Shown: one piece after another, positions 1 to 9,988 of the stretch
Layout: the number at the start of each line of letters is the position of its first letter
Numbering within the stretch: the first letter of the stretch is position 1
Assembly (NCBI GenBank): GCA_963700985.1
Contig: OY969554.1
Coordinates: forward strand, 1,152,001 to 1,216,000
Reading direction: 5' to 3'
Origin: an uncultured Chlamydiales bacterium
GTDB lineage: Bacteria; Chlamydiota; Chlamydiia; Chlamydiales; Rhabdochlamydiaceae
DNA length: 64,000 nt
Notes under the pieces: generated by a model
The model's input: the letters and a program-made list of their open reading frames with translations, nothing else
What the model was told of the DNA's origin: nothing
The model's database searches: none
Made by a program: the position numbers and the translations under genes

Positions 1-582
1 TACATCCACTGCGACGCGGCTTTTTTTGGCATGATTCTCCCCTTTTTGCCCGATGTAGAATCACAGCCTTTTGACTTTAGAGTAGGTATTGATAGCATCG
101 CGATCAGCGGCCACAAGATGATCGGCACTCCCTACCCTTGCGGCGTTGTGCTTACCAAGAAGTCGAACAACGAAAAGATCGCCTCCTCTGTTGAATATCT
201 CGGCATCAACGACAATACACTAGCAAGCTCGCGCAATGGGATCTCTCCCCTATGTCTTTGGCTAGAGATAAACTGCGCAAAAGAAGGGAAATTCCAGGAA
301 ATCGTCCAAGATTGCATGGAAAGAGCAGGCTATGCGATTAACAAGTTTAGCGAGATGGGCATCAAGGCTTGGAGAAACAAAAACTCCTTCATCGTGGTTT
401 TTCCGCGTCCTTCTGAAAAGCTCGTCAGAAAGTGGCAAATGGCCGTGCAAGGCGAGATCGCCCACATCATTACACTGCCGCATATCACGCACAAACTAAT
501 CGATTTAATCATTGGGCAAATAGCCGCAGATTTGAAAAAGAACAAACACCATAAAAAAAATCTACCCACGATTCTTCCCTAG
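1..582 (+). CDS. PLP-dependent group II amino-acid decarboxylase (histidine/serine decarboxylase-like), 5' end outside window
   Basis: Frame is open from base 1 (YIHCDAAFFGMILPF); SISGHK-type PLP lysine motif (AISGHKMIG), SRNG motif. Confidence 0.8.
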   Translation, partial: YIHCDAAFFGMILPFLPDVESQPFDFRVGIDSIAISGHKMIGTPYPCGVVLTKKSNNEKIASSVEYLGINDNTLASSRNGISPLCLWLEINCAKEGKFQEIVQDCMERAGYAINKFSEMGIKAWRNKNSFIVVFPRPSEKLVRKWQMAVQGEIAHIITLPHITHKLIDLIIGQIAADLKKNKHHKKNLPTILP

Positions 583-620
583 AGTTTGATTTGCTGCGCA
601 GAGGAAGAAGCACAGAATAA

Positions 621-1892
621 ATGGACTTTTCAAAAAAACAGGGTCGAACAGTCCTTTTTGCGGTCACCATAGGGAACCTTCTCGAATGGTATGAAATCTA
701 TCTATATGTCTATTGGGCACCCATCATTGCAAAGATCTTCTTCAACTCTCAATCACAACTCGTCAACCTAACGCATACCCTTTTGATCTTTGCGATAGGG
801 TTCCTAGCACGCCCTCTTGGTGGTGTTTTTTTTGGAAGGCTCGGCGATCGCATCGGGCGCCGGAAGTCTCTAATTCTTTCGCTTGTCGTTATGACAATCC
901 CCACTTTTGCCACAGGTCTTTTGCCCACCTATGCCCAAATCGGCATGGCAGCACCCATCCTTCTACTTTGTATGCGTATTATGCAGTCTTTCCCGGCCGG
1001 CGGAGAGTTGCCTGGCGCCATCTGCTATCTCTATGAAAGCGCAAAACTCGATAGGCGTCGCTACTTATGCAGTTGGGCTGCTGTTGGCTTCCAAGTTGGG
1101 ATTCTGCTCAGTACCATTGAGTGTTTTCTTCTGGAAAAAACTCTCTCCCCTGAAGCGCTGATCTCCTGGGGGTGGAGGCTCTCGTTTTTAGTGGGTGGAA
1201 TCATTGGGCTCGGCGGTCTTTTCTTGCGTTATCGCCTGCATGAAACGCCCCTTTTTAGAGAGATGATGACCCATGAAAAGGTGGTCAAAGAGCCTCTGTG
1301 GGAAGTGTTGAATAAACACAAAAAAGGCATTCTGATGGGGATTCTCTTCTGTGCTTTTAACTCTTCGGCTTTTTACCTGCTCACGGTCAATATCCCCAGT
1401 TTTTTGGGGGAACTCCTAGATACAACTTACGAAGACAATCTGATTATCACCTGCATAGTCTTAGTGTGTATTACCGTCTTACTCCCTTTTTTCGGAAAGC
1501 TCGCAGACAAATACAATAACAAGAAAATGATTGTGGGAGCAGTAAGCGGCTCTATTTTTCTGCTCTATCCCCTATATCTTTCTATTCACTACTCCTCGGT
1601 ATTTTTCTTGTCTTTGACAATGCTGATCTTTGCCCTCTTCTTCACGTGCATCTCGGCGTTGATCCCCTTCTTTCTCTCCGAGCTATTCCCCACGCATGTG
1701 CGCTTTACCTGCGTAGGCGTGAGCTTCAATATTGTGGATACGGTGATCGGCGGATTCACGCCCGTTGTCGTGCTCTACTTAACTCGTCTTACCGGAAATC
1801 GAGCTGCCTTTTGTTGGGTGCTCTTGGTTTGCGGCCTACTTTCTCTTGTCGCTTATATGATGATGAAAGAGCGTCACAAAATTGAGACGTAA
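621..1892 (+). CDS. MFS transporter, MHS/ProP-like family
   Basis: GNLLEWYE, RPLGG..FG..GDRIGRR, GGE, ETP motifs; about 12 hydrophobic segments. Confidence 0.9.
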   Translation: MDFSKKQGRTVLFAVTIGNLLEWYEIYLYVYWAPIIAKIFFNSQSQLVNLTHTLLIFAIGFLARPLGGVFFGRLGDRIGRRKSLILSLVVMTIPTFATGLLPTYAQIGMAAPILLLCMRIMQSFPAGGELPGAICYLYESAKLDRRRYLCSWAAVGFQVGILLSTIECFLLEKTLSPEALISWGWRLSFLVGGIIGLGGLFLRYRLHETPLFREMMTHEKVVKEPLWEVLNKHKKGILMGILFCAFNSSAFYLLTVNIPSFLGELLDTTYEDNLIITCIVLVCITVLLPFFGKLADKYNNKKMIVGAVSGSIFLLYPLYLSIHYSSVFFLSLTMLIFALFFTCISALIPFFLSELFPTHVRFTCVGVSFNIVDTVIGGFTPVVVLYLTRLTGNRAAFCWVLLVCGLLSLVAYMMMKERHKIET

Positions 1893-2001
1893 TTAATTTT
1901 TTATTACGGATATTAATAAATTTTATACTAGATTAAATAATCATTATTATTTAAATTTTTGCGTTTGTTTTGTTATAATCTTTCAAGCAAATTGAGAAAT
2001 T

Positions 2002-3477
2002 ATGACATTTATTCAAATTAGAGCAAAAAGTTCCGCAAGTTCTGCCTATCCCTCAAGCATTGAGTTAAGCTTGCTGCCTCCCCAAAAAACATTTTATCTT
2101 CCTTCGGCTTGGCTAAAACATTCATTCTCGTTTGGAAATGCCGCGGATCTTGCTGGTTGTGCCCAGGTTTGTAAATATTGGAATTCGTGTGCTGAGCCGC
2201 TTTTGGCACGTCTTTATCGAGACGTTTTTTTCCCTTCCATTCTCTTAGGAACAGATCTTTTAAAGTTAAGAGGTTATTGCGAAACGCGAAAGGAACTAAT
2301 CTTAGAGAATGTTGAGCAAAATCGCTATGTGGGCAGCGTGCGAGAGATGTTTAAGGGTTTAGGTGACGAACGTCTCCATCATGGAATTTCTCGTTATAGC
2401 AGCCAGTATGGCTCTTTATTTTTTAAACAAACCCGAGAAGCAGCTGATGTGTCGCAGGCCTATGTGCTGAGAGTTAATATGCACACAGGAGCTGTATTAG
2501 ATTGCTTCCCGATGAAACCGAACACCTTTCTGCAGCATCGGCCACATCAAACGCTTGATGCTGAAGTCTATGTGTCTCCAAAAGACGAAGCAGAAGCATT
2601 GTCTCTGGTTAGATGGCGTATACCCAAAGATGAAGAGATCTCCCCTTCAGAGGTAGAACTTAACATTAAAAATTCTTTAAGCCAGTCTTTTTCTGGCGAT
2701 TGTGTTGCCCATCAGATGGGTAAAAAGACCATTCTATTTAACTCTAGAACTGGGAAACACACTGGAGAAATTGAAATATCTTTTGCAGCCATAAAGGAAA
2801 CTCAGCCATTTCCTCAGGTATGTGTTTCGGCAATTTGCCAGCAAAAACTTTGCGTAGTTGTAGCAAAAGAGCATGCATATAAAATGAATGAGAGAAATGA
2901 TAGCCTGCTTATCTTTGATCTTAAAACAGGCCAATATGAGGATGTGTATATTTCGAGTGTTGTGTCGAGCCTGCATATGCCGAAACTCTACGTTACGGCT
3001 CAGTACGTAATTATATATTACCCAAAAAACCCAGACTTAACCGTAATAGATCTGAAAGAACGCACCATATTTAGGATGACTCCTGATATCTTAGTCAACG
3101 CATATCCGTTGAGAATCCAACGCCGCGAAGCTGCTAGAACATCAAATTGCCCTGAGGGAACATCCGCGGTTGACTTTGTAAAGGTGGTCCACTTCTTTAA
3201 TCTGGTGGCCTTAACTGTATTCGGACGCACAAGGATCTATGATTTGGCAACGAGGACACACTTAGCTACCTTGATTCACGCATTTGATGAGTTCTACCAT
3301 GCGGCTTGGCATGATGGGATATTTATGATCGCAGGAAACCGCTCGAGGCGAACTATACAAGAGATAGAAGTCTTTGATTTTGGCTCTCAAGGACCTTATC
3401 AAGCAAATCCGCGCCCTAGCTTGATCGCTGCCTGCTTGAAACCTTTTATCGACTGCTGCTGCTACGTTCCACCTTAA
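2002..3477 (+). CDS. F-box domain protein, putative secreted effector
   Basis: N-terminal LPSAWLKHSFSF...DLAGCAQVCKYWN fits the F-box pattern; beta-rich C-terminal region. Confidence 0.65.
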   Translation: MTFIQIRAKSSASSAYPSSIELSLLPPQKTFYLPSAWLKHSFSFGNAADLAGCAQVCKYWNSCAEPLLARLYRDVFFPSILLGTDLLKLRGYCETRKELILENVEQNRYVGSVREMFKGLGDERLHHGISRYSSQYGSLFFKQTREAADVSQAYVLRVNMHTGAVLDCFPMKPNTFLQHRPHQTLDAEVYVSPKDEAEALSLVRWRIPKDEEISPSEVELNIKNSLSQSFSGDCVAHQMGKKTILFNSRTGKHTGEIEISFAAIKETQPFPQVCVSAICQQKLCVVVAKEHAYKMNERNDSLLIFDLKTGQYEDVYISSVVSSLHMPKLYVTAQYVIIYYPKNPDLTVIDLKERTIFRMTPDILVNAYPLRIQRREAARTSNCPEGTSAVDFVKVVHFFNLVALTVFGRTRIYDLATRTHLATLIHAFDEFYHAAWHDGIFMIAGNRSRRTIQEIEVFDFGSQGPYQANPRPSLIAACLKPFIDCCCYVPP

Positions 3478-4580
3478 GGTTTGCCACCCTTGCCTCCTCC
3501 TCCCACTTGAGATTGAACATTCGCATTACCAGAAACGTGAATGTACCAGCTAATTGCCAGAAGGCCACTGACAAACTGCTGCGTATTACGGCCTGCGACT
3601 GAAAACCAGGTGCCGGCAATAATGCCAAAATCTTCACTGAAGTTATATTCAATCGCTGGCGCTAGATCAAACTCAAAAAAGGAAGGAAACCCCACATCAG
3701 CTGGAGCACCGGCAGTTGTCACGCCTCTTTTTCCTCTAAATGGACTCTTATTTCCATAGAAAGCGACAAGATCTAAAGCAAAGACCCAGTTTTTTGAGAG
3801 AGTAAACTCTAGCCCAATCAGTCCGGTATAATTATCCCCAGGCTTAACCGTGCCCCGCGTGCCAAATCCTCCCCCATATGAATTGAATCCCTCAACATGC
3901 GTCTTGGTAAAAAAGTCATAATTAAGACTCAAACGTGCGCTTAAATAATAGATGCTGCTGAGATGATAAAGATTCGCAAAAGTAACACCAAATCCCGTGT
4001 CATATGAACCGCTGCCGGTGCTATCGGTGGCGTTTTTATGAGGGCTTAAGTGTTGATATTTACCTGTTGGGAAAATTTCTCTTACGGTTAGTTTGATCGC
4101 TGGATACCAGCTGCCCGGTGTATTCTCTAGTAGTTGAATGTTAAGCGCCGTGGGAAAGTCGCCAAAACGCGTGGCCGATTTGCCTTGTGTGCGCTGATAG
4201 AACATCTGAGGATCAATCTGGAAGTCCATCCATTCTGTTAATCCCACCTGAAAGAAAATCAGCGGATTAAAACTAAAAAAAGTCGGCTGCGACTCGGTAT
4301 GCCAATCGCTTTTATAATACCCAAATATATCCGAGGCAACGAAGTAGGGCTCAAGATAGAGATCGCCCAAAGGCACGACATGTCCTGATGGCGAAAGCAG
4401 CGTGCCTGTAAACCAGGGGCCTACCTCTTCTTCTTGAATAAGGGGGATATCGGGCTGATCACCTATGCGGCAATAAGCTGAAGCCGTAGGTAGCAGCACT
4501 GCAAGCGTAAGCAAGAGCGTACAAGCAAATCTCGAACTTCTAAAAAAATTATTTGTTTCCAACAGAAGAGCCATCTTCAA
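3474..4580 (-). CDS. Putative outer-membrane beta-barrel/transporter-family protein
   Basis: Signal-peptide-like N-terminus, alternating aromatic strands, FPTGKY motif. Confidence 0.55.
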   Translation of the reverse strand: MKMALLLETNNFFRSSRFACTLLLTLAVLLPTASAYCRIGDQPDIPLIQEEEVGPWFTGTLLSPSGHVVPLGDLYLEPYFVASDIFGYYKSDWHTESQPTFFSFNPLIFFQVGLTEWMDFQIDPQMFYQRTQGKSATRFGDFPTALNIQLLENTPGSWYPAIKLTVREIFPTGKYQHLSPHKNATDSTGSGSYDTGFGVTFANLYHLSSIYYLSARLSLNYDFFTKTHVEGFNSYGGGFGTRGTVKPGDNYTGLIGLEFTLSKNWVFALDLVAFYGNKSPFRGKRGVTTAGAPADVGFPSFFEFDLAPAIEYNFSEDFGIIAGTWFSVAGRNTQQFVSGLLAISWYIHVSGNANVQSQVGGGGKGGKP

Positions 4581-4770
4581 CTTATGTATTAATAAATATT
4601 CGAACGGTGGACTAGAGAGAAAAATTTGTCAATATAGAGAGAGTTAAATGAAAATCGAATGATTTTTTATAAAAACAAAATTATAATTTAAAAAATTAAT
4701 AAAGTTGCAAACAGCTCTCACATCAAATAAAATAGATGCAGATTTTTATATTAACTATATTGGAGATTTT

Positions 4771-5832
4771 ATGGTTTCTGCCGCTGGTGCGCAAAATCTA
4801 GGTAATGTTCTCGCAAATCTTGAAGGATTCTTTCATACAGGCTGGAGCGATAAGCCCGATCCCAGAACTGATAAATGCGGTCATACCCATGATTTAGCTA
4901 CTTGGCAAAGCATCGAAAAAGCGGCTCAAGCGGCTCAAACGCAATTCCGTTGTCCCCACTCTGGTGAGCCAATCGATCTCAAAGAGCTCTATCCAAATCT
5001 AGCCTTCAAAAGCGTTTCGGAGCAATTACGCGCTCTGCCAAGATTGCTCATAAAACATGCAGAAACGCAAGAACAAGCCACGCGTACTCTAAGGCTAATG
5101 GCTGAGAAGCTATCGATCGCAGACCGTCGAATTGAAAATCTCAGAACTACAAGTTGGTTTTGGCAGCTGAAAGCAGAAATAGAATGCACAACGATCGCAG
5201 GGTGCGCAAATTATGCACTTTCTAATGAAGAATTAGCAACAGTAGCTAGAAGACCGATTATGCCAAAATCTGGTCCTTTAGATATCCGAGAAATTGCTTT
5301 GAATATTCGCACTGCGATCGAAGATGGCATTCAGCTTATGCCTATTGAAAAACCTCAGCTAGATAAGTGTGGCCATACTTATGACTTTTCAACATGGCAA
5401 GACTTGAATCGCAGGGCTGAAGATAGTGGTAAACCTCTTCAATGTCCCGATTCTCAAGCAGTTTTAGACCCGAAAAAACTTTATCCTAATCTAGCTTTAC
5501 GACATGCGACAGAAGAACTAAGCGCGCTTGCAGAAATTCTCGAAAATCAAGTAAGAATATCCAATAGAAATCGAGCTAACCTAGAACTAATGCAGAGACA
5601 AATAGCGCTCAAAGAAAGACAGCTTGAAAATCTTACGAGCACGAGTTGGTTTTGGAGATTAGATGCTGAGATCTGGGGCAAAGATTTATCAAAAAGTAAA
5701 AATTATGGTCTTTCAGATGAAGAGTTAGCAATTCTTGATCAGAGACCAGAATTTGAAGTCCTGCCAGAAGTAGATCTTTCTCTTGTTCGTCGTGAACCCG
5801 AAGAAAGAAAAGAAGCAATGGGAAAATCATGA
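4771..5832 (+). CDS. Tandem double U-box/RING-like protein, putative E3 ligase effector
   Basis: Two copies of P..DKCGHT.D..TW...CP.S...D...LYPNLA, each followed by a coiled coil and TSWFW.L.AEI; ATG 4771 has GGAG upstream. Confidence 0.7.
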   Translation: MVSAAGAQNLGNVLANLEGFFHTGWSDKPDPRTDKCGHTHDLATWQSIEKAAQAAQTQFRCPHSGEPIDLKELYPNLAFKSVSEQLRALPRLLIKHAETQEQATRTLRLMAEKLSIADRRIENLRTTSWFWQLKAEIECTTIAGCANYALSNEELATVARRPIMPKSGPLDIREIALNIRTAIEDGIQLMPIEKPQLDKCGHTYDFSTWQDLNRRAEDSGKPLQCPDSQAVLDPKKLYPNLALRHATEELSALAEILENQVRISNRNRANLELMQRQIALKERQLENLTSTSWFWRLDAEIWGKDLSKSKNYGLSDEELAILDQRPEFEVLPEVDLSLVRREPEERKEAMGKS

Positions 5833-6173
5833 GCTACACTCCTTCAATCTCGAGCCGCCAAGTCAATGGTGTCGATTTAGTATACTTAGAAAAACGCAAT
5901 GCTTTAGGCGAAGTGGAGCAGAGTATTGAATTCTGTCCAGATCAGCTTTCTTCTGCGGATCAATTAACCTTTTATCGCTGCCTGTGGCAAAAGGTCAATA
6001 CAGATCAAGCCGAATTTGATTCAATCTTGCGTAGCACAATAGCTGAGCATCCACAAGCAGCGCCAGCTCCTCGCTTCAATTTATTTTGCTCGCTTGGAAC
6101 ATGTCTTTGCGATTTCATTTCTATGATCTGGGATAAGATCTCTGCTTTTTTTGCCAGCTGCTGCAAAAGCTAA
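5829..6173 (+). CDS. Hypothetical protein with Cys-rich amphipathic C-terminus
   Basis: 114-aa ORF coupled (ATGA) to the U-box gene; ends FFASCCKS. Confidence 0.6.
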   Translation: MSYTPSISSRQVNGVDLVYLEKRNALGEVEQSIEFCPDQLSSADQLTFYRCLWQKVNTDQAEFDSILRSTIAEHPQAAPAPRFNLFCSLGTCLCDFISMIWDKISAFFASCCKS

Positions 6174-6260
6174 GCTAGGCTTGATGCGATTTCTTTTTCA
6201 TCGTGAAAAGATTCCAAACGTCTTAGAATAGCTCTATTAATCTAAGGGCATTCAATAAGC

Positions 6261-6470
6261 ATGAAATATATTTTTCTGATTTTGATTAAAGCCTACCAGC
6301 TGATGGTGTCGCCTTTTATTGGCAAGAGCTGCCGCTTTTACCCGAGCTGTTCCGATTATGGAATGGAGGCGATTCGAAAGCATGGTGCCTTGAAGGGCGG
6401 CTGGCTGGTGGTAAAACGTCTAGGGAAATGTCATCCTTGGTACCCAGGTGGCGTTGACGAAGTTCCCTAA
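6261..6470 (+). CDS. yidD: Membrane protein insertion efficiency factor YidD
   Basis: CRFYPSCSDY...HGALKG...CHPW.PGG.D.VP. Confidence 0.95.
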   Translation: MKYIFLILIKAYQLMVSPFIGKSCRFYPSCSDYGMEAIRKHGALKGGWLVVKRLGKCHPWYPGGVDEVP

Positions 6471-6480
6471 AAATAGCTTT

Positions 6481-7800
6481 TTATCGATCTGGGATCTCGA
6501 GGGTTTTACCTAAGCGGAGGCGTTCACTTTCTAAGCGATTGAGCCGCATGATCGAATCGACGGTGACGCGGTATTTGCGGGCAATCTTCCAGAGATTATC
6601 ACCAGCTACTACTGTGTGCGTGCGTCGCTTGGTCGACTTGTTAGGCGTCGCTTTGCCTTGGGAGGTATTGGCTTTACGCATTTCCAATGGGCTTGCCTCT
6701 ATGAACGCATCTGCCAATACCTCTGGGGTAGCTTGGGGAGCTGCGGCCGCAATCGATTCAGATGGTGGTGGCACGAGGTGAGGTGCAAAGCGGTGCAAAG
6801 TTGCAAGGTGATCGTATGGTTCAGGCACCACCTCTGTGGCACTAGTATAAAGCAGGGTAGCGGCTTTTTTCCAGACAGCATCGCAGCGCGGGCTGACAAT
6901 TAAGTCGCGCGCAAAGGTGATCAAAGCTGGATAGTTACTCGGCAAGATGTCGAAAAGTGTGAGCACTTGGGCATCGCTCATACGCTTAAAGGTATATTCT
7001 AGATCGGTTTCCAAGAAAATTTTAGCAGCAATAGTAGAGCGCTGATCGAGATAATCGAGCAGTAAGCTGCGGCGTTTTTCAAGCGAGAGATCTTGTGCTT
7101 GGCGCTGCTGCTCTGTAAAACTATTTAGAACGTTCCAATCGCCTTGAGCCAGCATCTCAACCAGAACTTCCCTTTCCATTTTGAGGCCGGTACGAGTGAA
7201 AAGCAGGAAAAGCGTATGGAAATGTGGGGTGAGGTAAAAAGCTTCGAGAAGTGAAGGGTCGCGGGGGAAGTGGTTGCGCTGGATCTCAAAGAAGAGTCCC
7301 TGCGAGGTAAAAGGCCACTTTTCTGTGCGAGCGTAGTGCTGGATCGCATCATATTGAAAGTCGGCCAAGCTAGGGAAAATAATTAACGGGATCTGTTCTT
7401 CGCCCTGGGCATTGCGAAAGGGAATAAGCCGTTTTTGAATTTCAAGGCCGCCTAGCGCACGCTCGAGGTTGAAATGGTGAAAGGCAACCAAGCAAGAAAG
7501 AGCTAGATCGCGTCTTGTATATCCATCTTCAATGAGTTCTTTATTATCCAGCCGCAGCAAGAGATCCTGGAAAGAGAGCATCGAATAGGCGCGCAAAAGC
7601 TGCTCATTGGTGATAATAGGAACAGAGCGCTCTTTAGCTATGGGCTTAAGCTCGATAGGCACCGAAACCTCTCGCTCTTTTAATACGGAATAGACGAAGG
7701 TCGCCAGCAGAAGAATATTTAGTGTTCCGCTGACAATAAGGATCTGCGTGAGCTTGCGCGTACGCTGAATGAGTGGGGCTTCTAACGAACTTTTAGACAT
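6481..7800 (-). CDS. Membrane-anchored LysM domain protein
   Basis: N-terminal TM; C-terminal HTVVAGDNLWKIARKY LysM motif. Confidence 0.9.
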   Translation of the reverse strand: MSKSSLEAPLIQRTRKLTQILIVSGTLNILLLATFVYSVLKEREVSVPIELKPIAKERSVPIITNEQLLRAYSMLSFQDLLLRLDNKELIEDGYTRRDLALSCLVAFHHFNLERALGGLEIQKRLIPFRNAQGEEQIPLIIFPSLADFQYDAIQHYARTEKWPFTSQGLFFEIQRNHFPRDPSLLEAFYLTPHFHTLFLLFTRTGLKMEREVLVEMLAQGDWNVLNSFTEQQRQAQDLSLEKRRSLLLDYLDQRSTIAAKIFLETDLEYTFKRMSDAQVLTLFDILPSNYPALITFARDLIVSPRCDAVWKKAATLLYTSATEVVPEPYDHLATLHRFAPHLVPPPSESIAAAAPQATPEVLADAFIEASPLEMRKANTSQGKATPNKSTKRRTHTVVAGDNLWKIARKYRVTVDSIMRLNRLESERLRLGKTLEIPDR

Positions 7801-7857
7801 AAGTAGGGTTTTGTGGTATCTTCATCACTTTAGCAATTTGTTGAATAAAGGTAGAGT

Positions 7858-9948
7858 GTGAAAGTCCCTTTATCCTGGTTGAAAGATTTTGTTAACCTAA
7901 AGCTCTCGCCTGACGAGATCGCAGCTACGCTTACAACCGGCGGGCTCGAAGTCGATAAAATTGAAGAGCTGGACGGCGACATCGTCTTTGAAATTTCGCT
8001 GACGCCCAATCTGGGCCACTGCATGAGCGTGCTTGGAATTGCACGCGAACTCGCTGCACTTAAAAATTTAAAGCTCACCTCCCCTCCGCAAGAATTTAAA
8101 GAAGACGCACAGCATAAGATTCAGGACATGATCTCTGTGGAGATTAAAGATAGCGCGCAATGCTTTCGTTATGCCTGCCGACTGGTGATGAATGTGAAAG
8201 TCGGCCCCTCGCCTGATTGGATGGTTAAACGTCTGGAAGCGTCGGGTGTGCGAAGCATCAACAATGTGGTAGATATCACCAATTATGTGATGCTCGAACG
8301 AGGACAACCGCTGCACGCCTTTGATTATGACAAGATCGCAGGAAAAAAAATCTGCGTATCTTCAAACATGTCCTCTAGCGTGTCTTCAAGCGTGTCCTCT
8401 AATTCCAACTCCTCTTCGCTTAAAGCACTGGATGAAAAAACTTATGAGATCCCAGAAGGTGTGCTGCTAATTACAGACGCCAAAGAGCCTCTTGCCTTCG
8501 CGGGTGTGATGGGCGGTCATGACTCCAGTGTTACTGAAAACACAAAACGTCTGCTGCTGGAATCAGCTTTCTTTACTCCGCAAGCCGTACGCAAAGCGAG
8601 CAAGCTTCTTCATCTGCGCACTGAATCCTCGCAACGTTTTGAAAAAGAGGTCGATTTTGACGGGATCCCGGCTGCCTTAGATCGAGCTTGCGCACTTTTA
8701 CAAGAGCTCGCTGGCGGCTTGGTAGCCAAAGGCGCTATCGATGAGATCAGCCAACTACAAGCCCCCAAACCGATTGTTTGCCGAATTAATCGCGTCAACC
8801 AGATGCTGGGCACAACGCTGAGTTTGCGTGAAGTGGCAGCTATTTTTGAAAGGCTTCAGATTCAGATTAAACGTGAAGATCAGGATGCCTTGCATGTGAT
8901 TGCACCGAGCTTCCGCAATGATATCAAAACTGAAATCGACCTCATTGAAGAAGTAGGGCGCATCTACGGCTACTCGAATATTCCGCTTGCGCATCCTAAG
9001 CACATTACCTCTCCACTCGACTCTTCTCCGCTTTTTGTATTTGAGAAGAAAATGCGCGAGCAGCTGCTAGAAGAGAATTTACAAGAGTGTATCACCTGCG
9101 ATCTAATTAGCCCCGCTCTTGCGGAGCTAACCGCAGAAGCACCAGATCCCGCATCTTGGATCTCGGTGTTGCAACCAGCCTCAATAGATCAGTCTGTCTT
9201 ACGCACATCGCTCTTGCCAGGTCTTTTGCAAGTGGTAAAACTCAATCGGACACATCAAATCAAAGATGTCTCAGCTTTTGAGATCGGACGCATCCATTTT
9301 AAAGATGGCCCTCATTACAAAGAACAGACCGTCATTGGAATTATCTGCACAGGTATAAGCGCGCCTTACCATTTTGATCCAAAGCCACGCGAAGTCGACT
9401 TTTTCGAGCTTAAAGGCAAAATAGAAAACTTACTTTTAAGCCTCGGTATTACAAATGCTACTTTTGAACAGTCGCACTTGCATAATTTTCACCCTGGAAG
9501 GCAGGCGCGCATTAAAGTCGGAGACGATATCATTGGGTCGCTCGGCGAGATGCATCCTGGCCGGCTACATGTGCTAGATCTTGAGGCCCGCGTCTATTTC
9601 GCCGAGCTCAATCTACATGACCTGATGCGCCTGGAGCATAAAGACTGGAAAGTTGAAGAGCTAGCAGTCTTCCCCGGTTCAGAAAGAGACTGGACGATGA
9701 CTTTAAAAGAGGAAGCGCCTCTCGGGCATATCTTCCAGTTGATCCAATCTGTGCGTTCACCCTATCTTGAAAAAGTCGAGCTGATCGATATCTATCGAGA
9801 TGCGCGCCTAGGAAAAGAGAAGAAAAATGTGACCTTACGCTTCTTTTACCGCGACAAGGAGAAGACGCTTTCTTTCGAGGCGGTTGAGAAGGAACACACA
9901 AATATTGCGGTAGAAGTAGCCAAAAAGTTAGAGCATCTACTACACTGA
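7858..9948 (+). CDS. pheT: Phenylalanine--tRNA ligase beta subunit
   Basis: INNVVDITNYVMLE.GQPLHAFD, DLIEEVGRIYGY, LRTSLLPGLL. Confidence 0.97.
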   Translation: MKVPLSWLKDFVNLKLSPDEIAATLTTGGLEVDKIEELDGDIVFEISLTPNLGHCMSVLGIARELAALKNLKLTSPPQEFKEDAQHKIQDMISVEIKDSAQCFRYACRLVMNVKVGPSPDWMVKRLEASGVRSINNVVDITNYVMLERGQPLHAFDYDKIAGKKICVSSNMSSSVSSSVSSNSNSSSLKALDEKTYEIPEGVLLITDAKEPLAFAGVMGGHDSSVTENTKRLLLESAFFTPQAVRKASKLLHLRTESSQRFEKEVDFDGIPAALDRACALLQELAGGLVAKGAIDEISQLQAPKPIVCRINRVNQMLGTTLSLREVAAIFERLQIQIKREDQDALHVIAPSFRNDIKTEIDLIEEVGRIYGYSNIPLAHPKHITSPLDSSPLFVFEKKMREQLLEENLQECITCDLISPALAELTAEAPDPASWISVLQPASIDQSVLRTSLLPGLLQVVKLNRTHQIKDVSAFEIGRIHFKDGPHYKEQTVIGIICTGISAPYHFDPKPREVDFFELKGKIENLLLSLGITNATFEQSHLHNFHPGRQARIKVGDDIIGSLGEMHPGRLHVLDLEARVYFAELNLHDLMRLEHKDWKVEELAVFPGSERDWTMTLKEEAPLGHIFQLIQSVRSPYLEKVELIDIYRDARLGKEKKNVTLRFFYRDKEKTLSFEAVEKEHTNIAVEVAKKLEHLLH

Positions 9949-9988
9949 AGATTACTAGTGAAATAATCCACGTTATTGAGGGTCAGTT

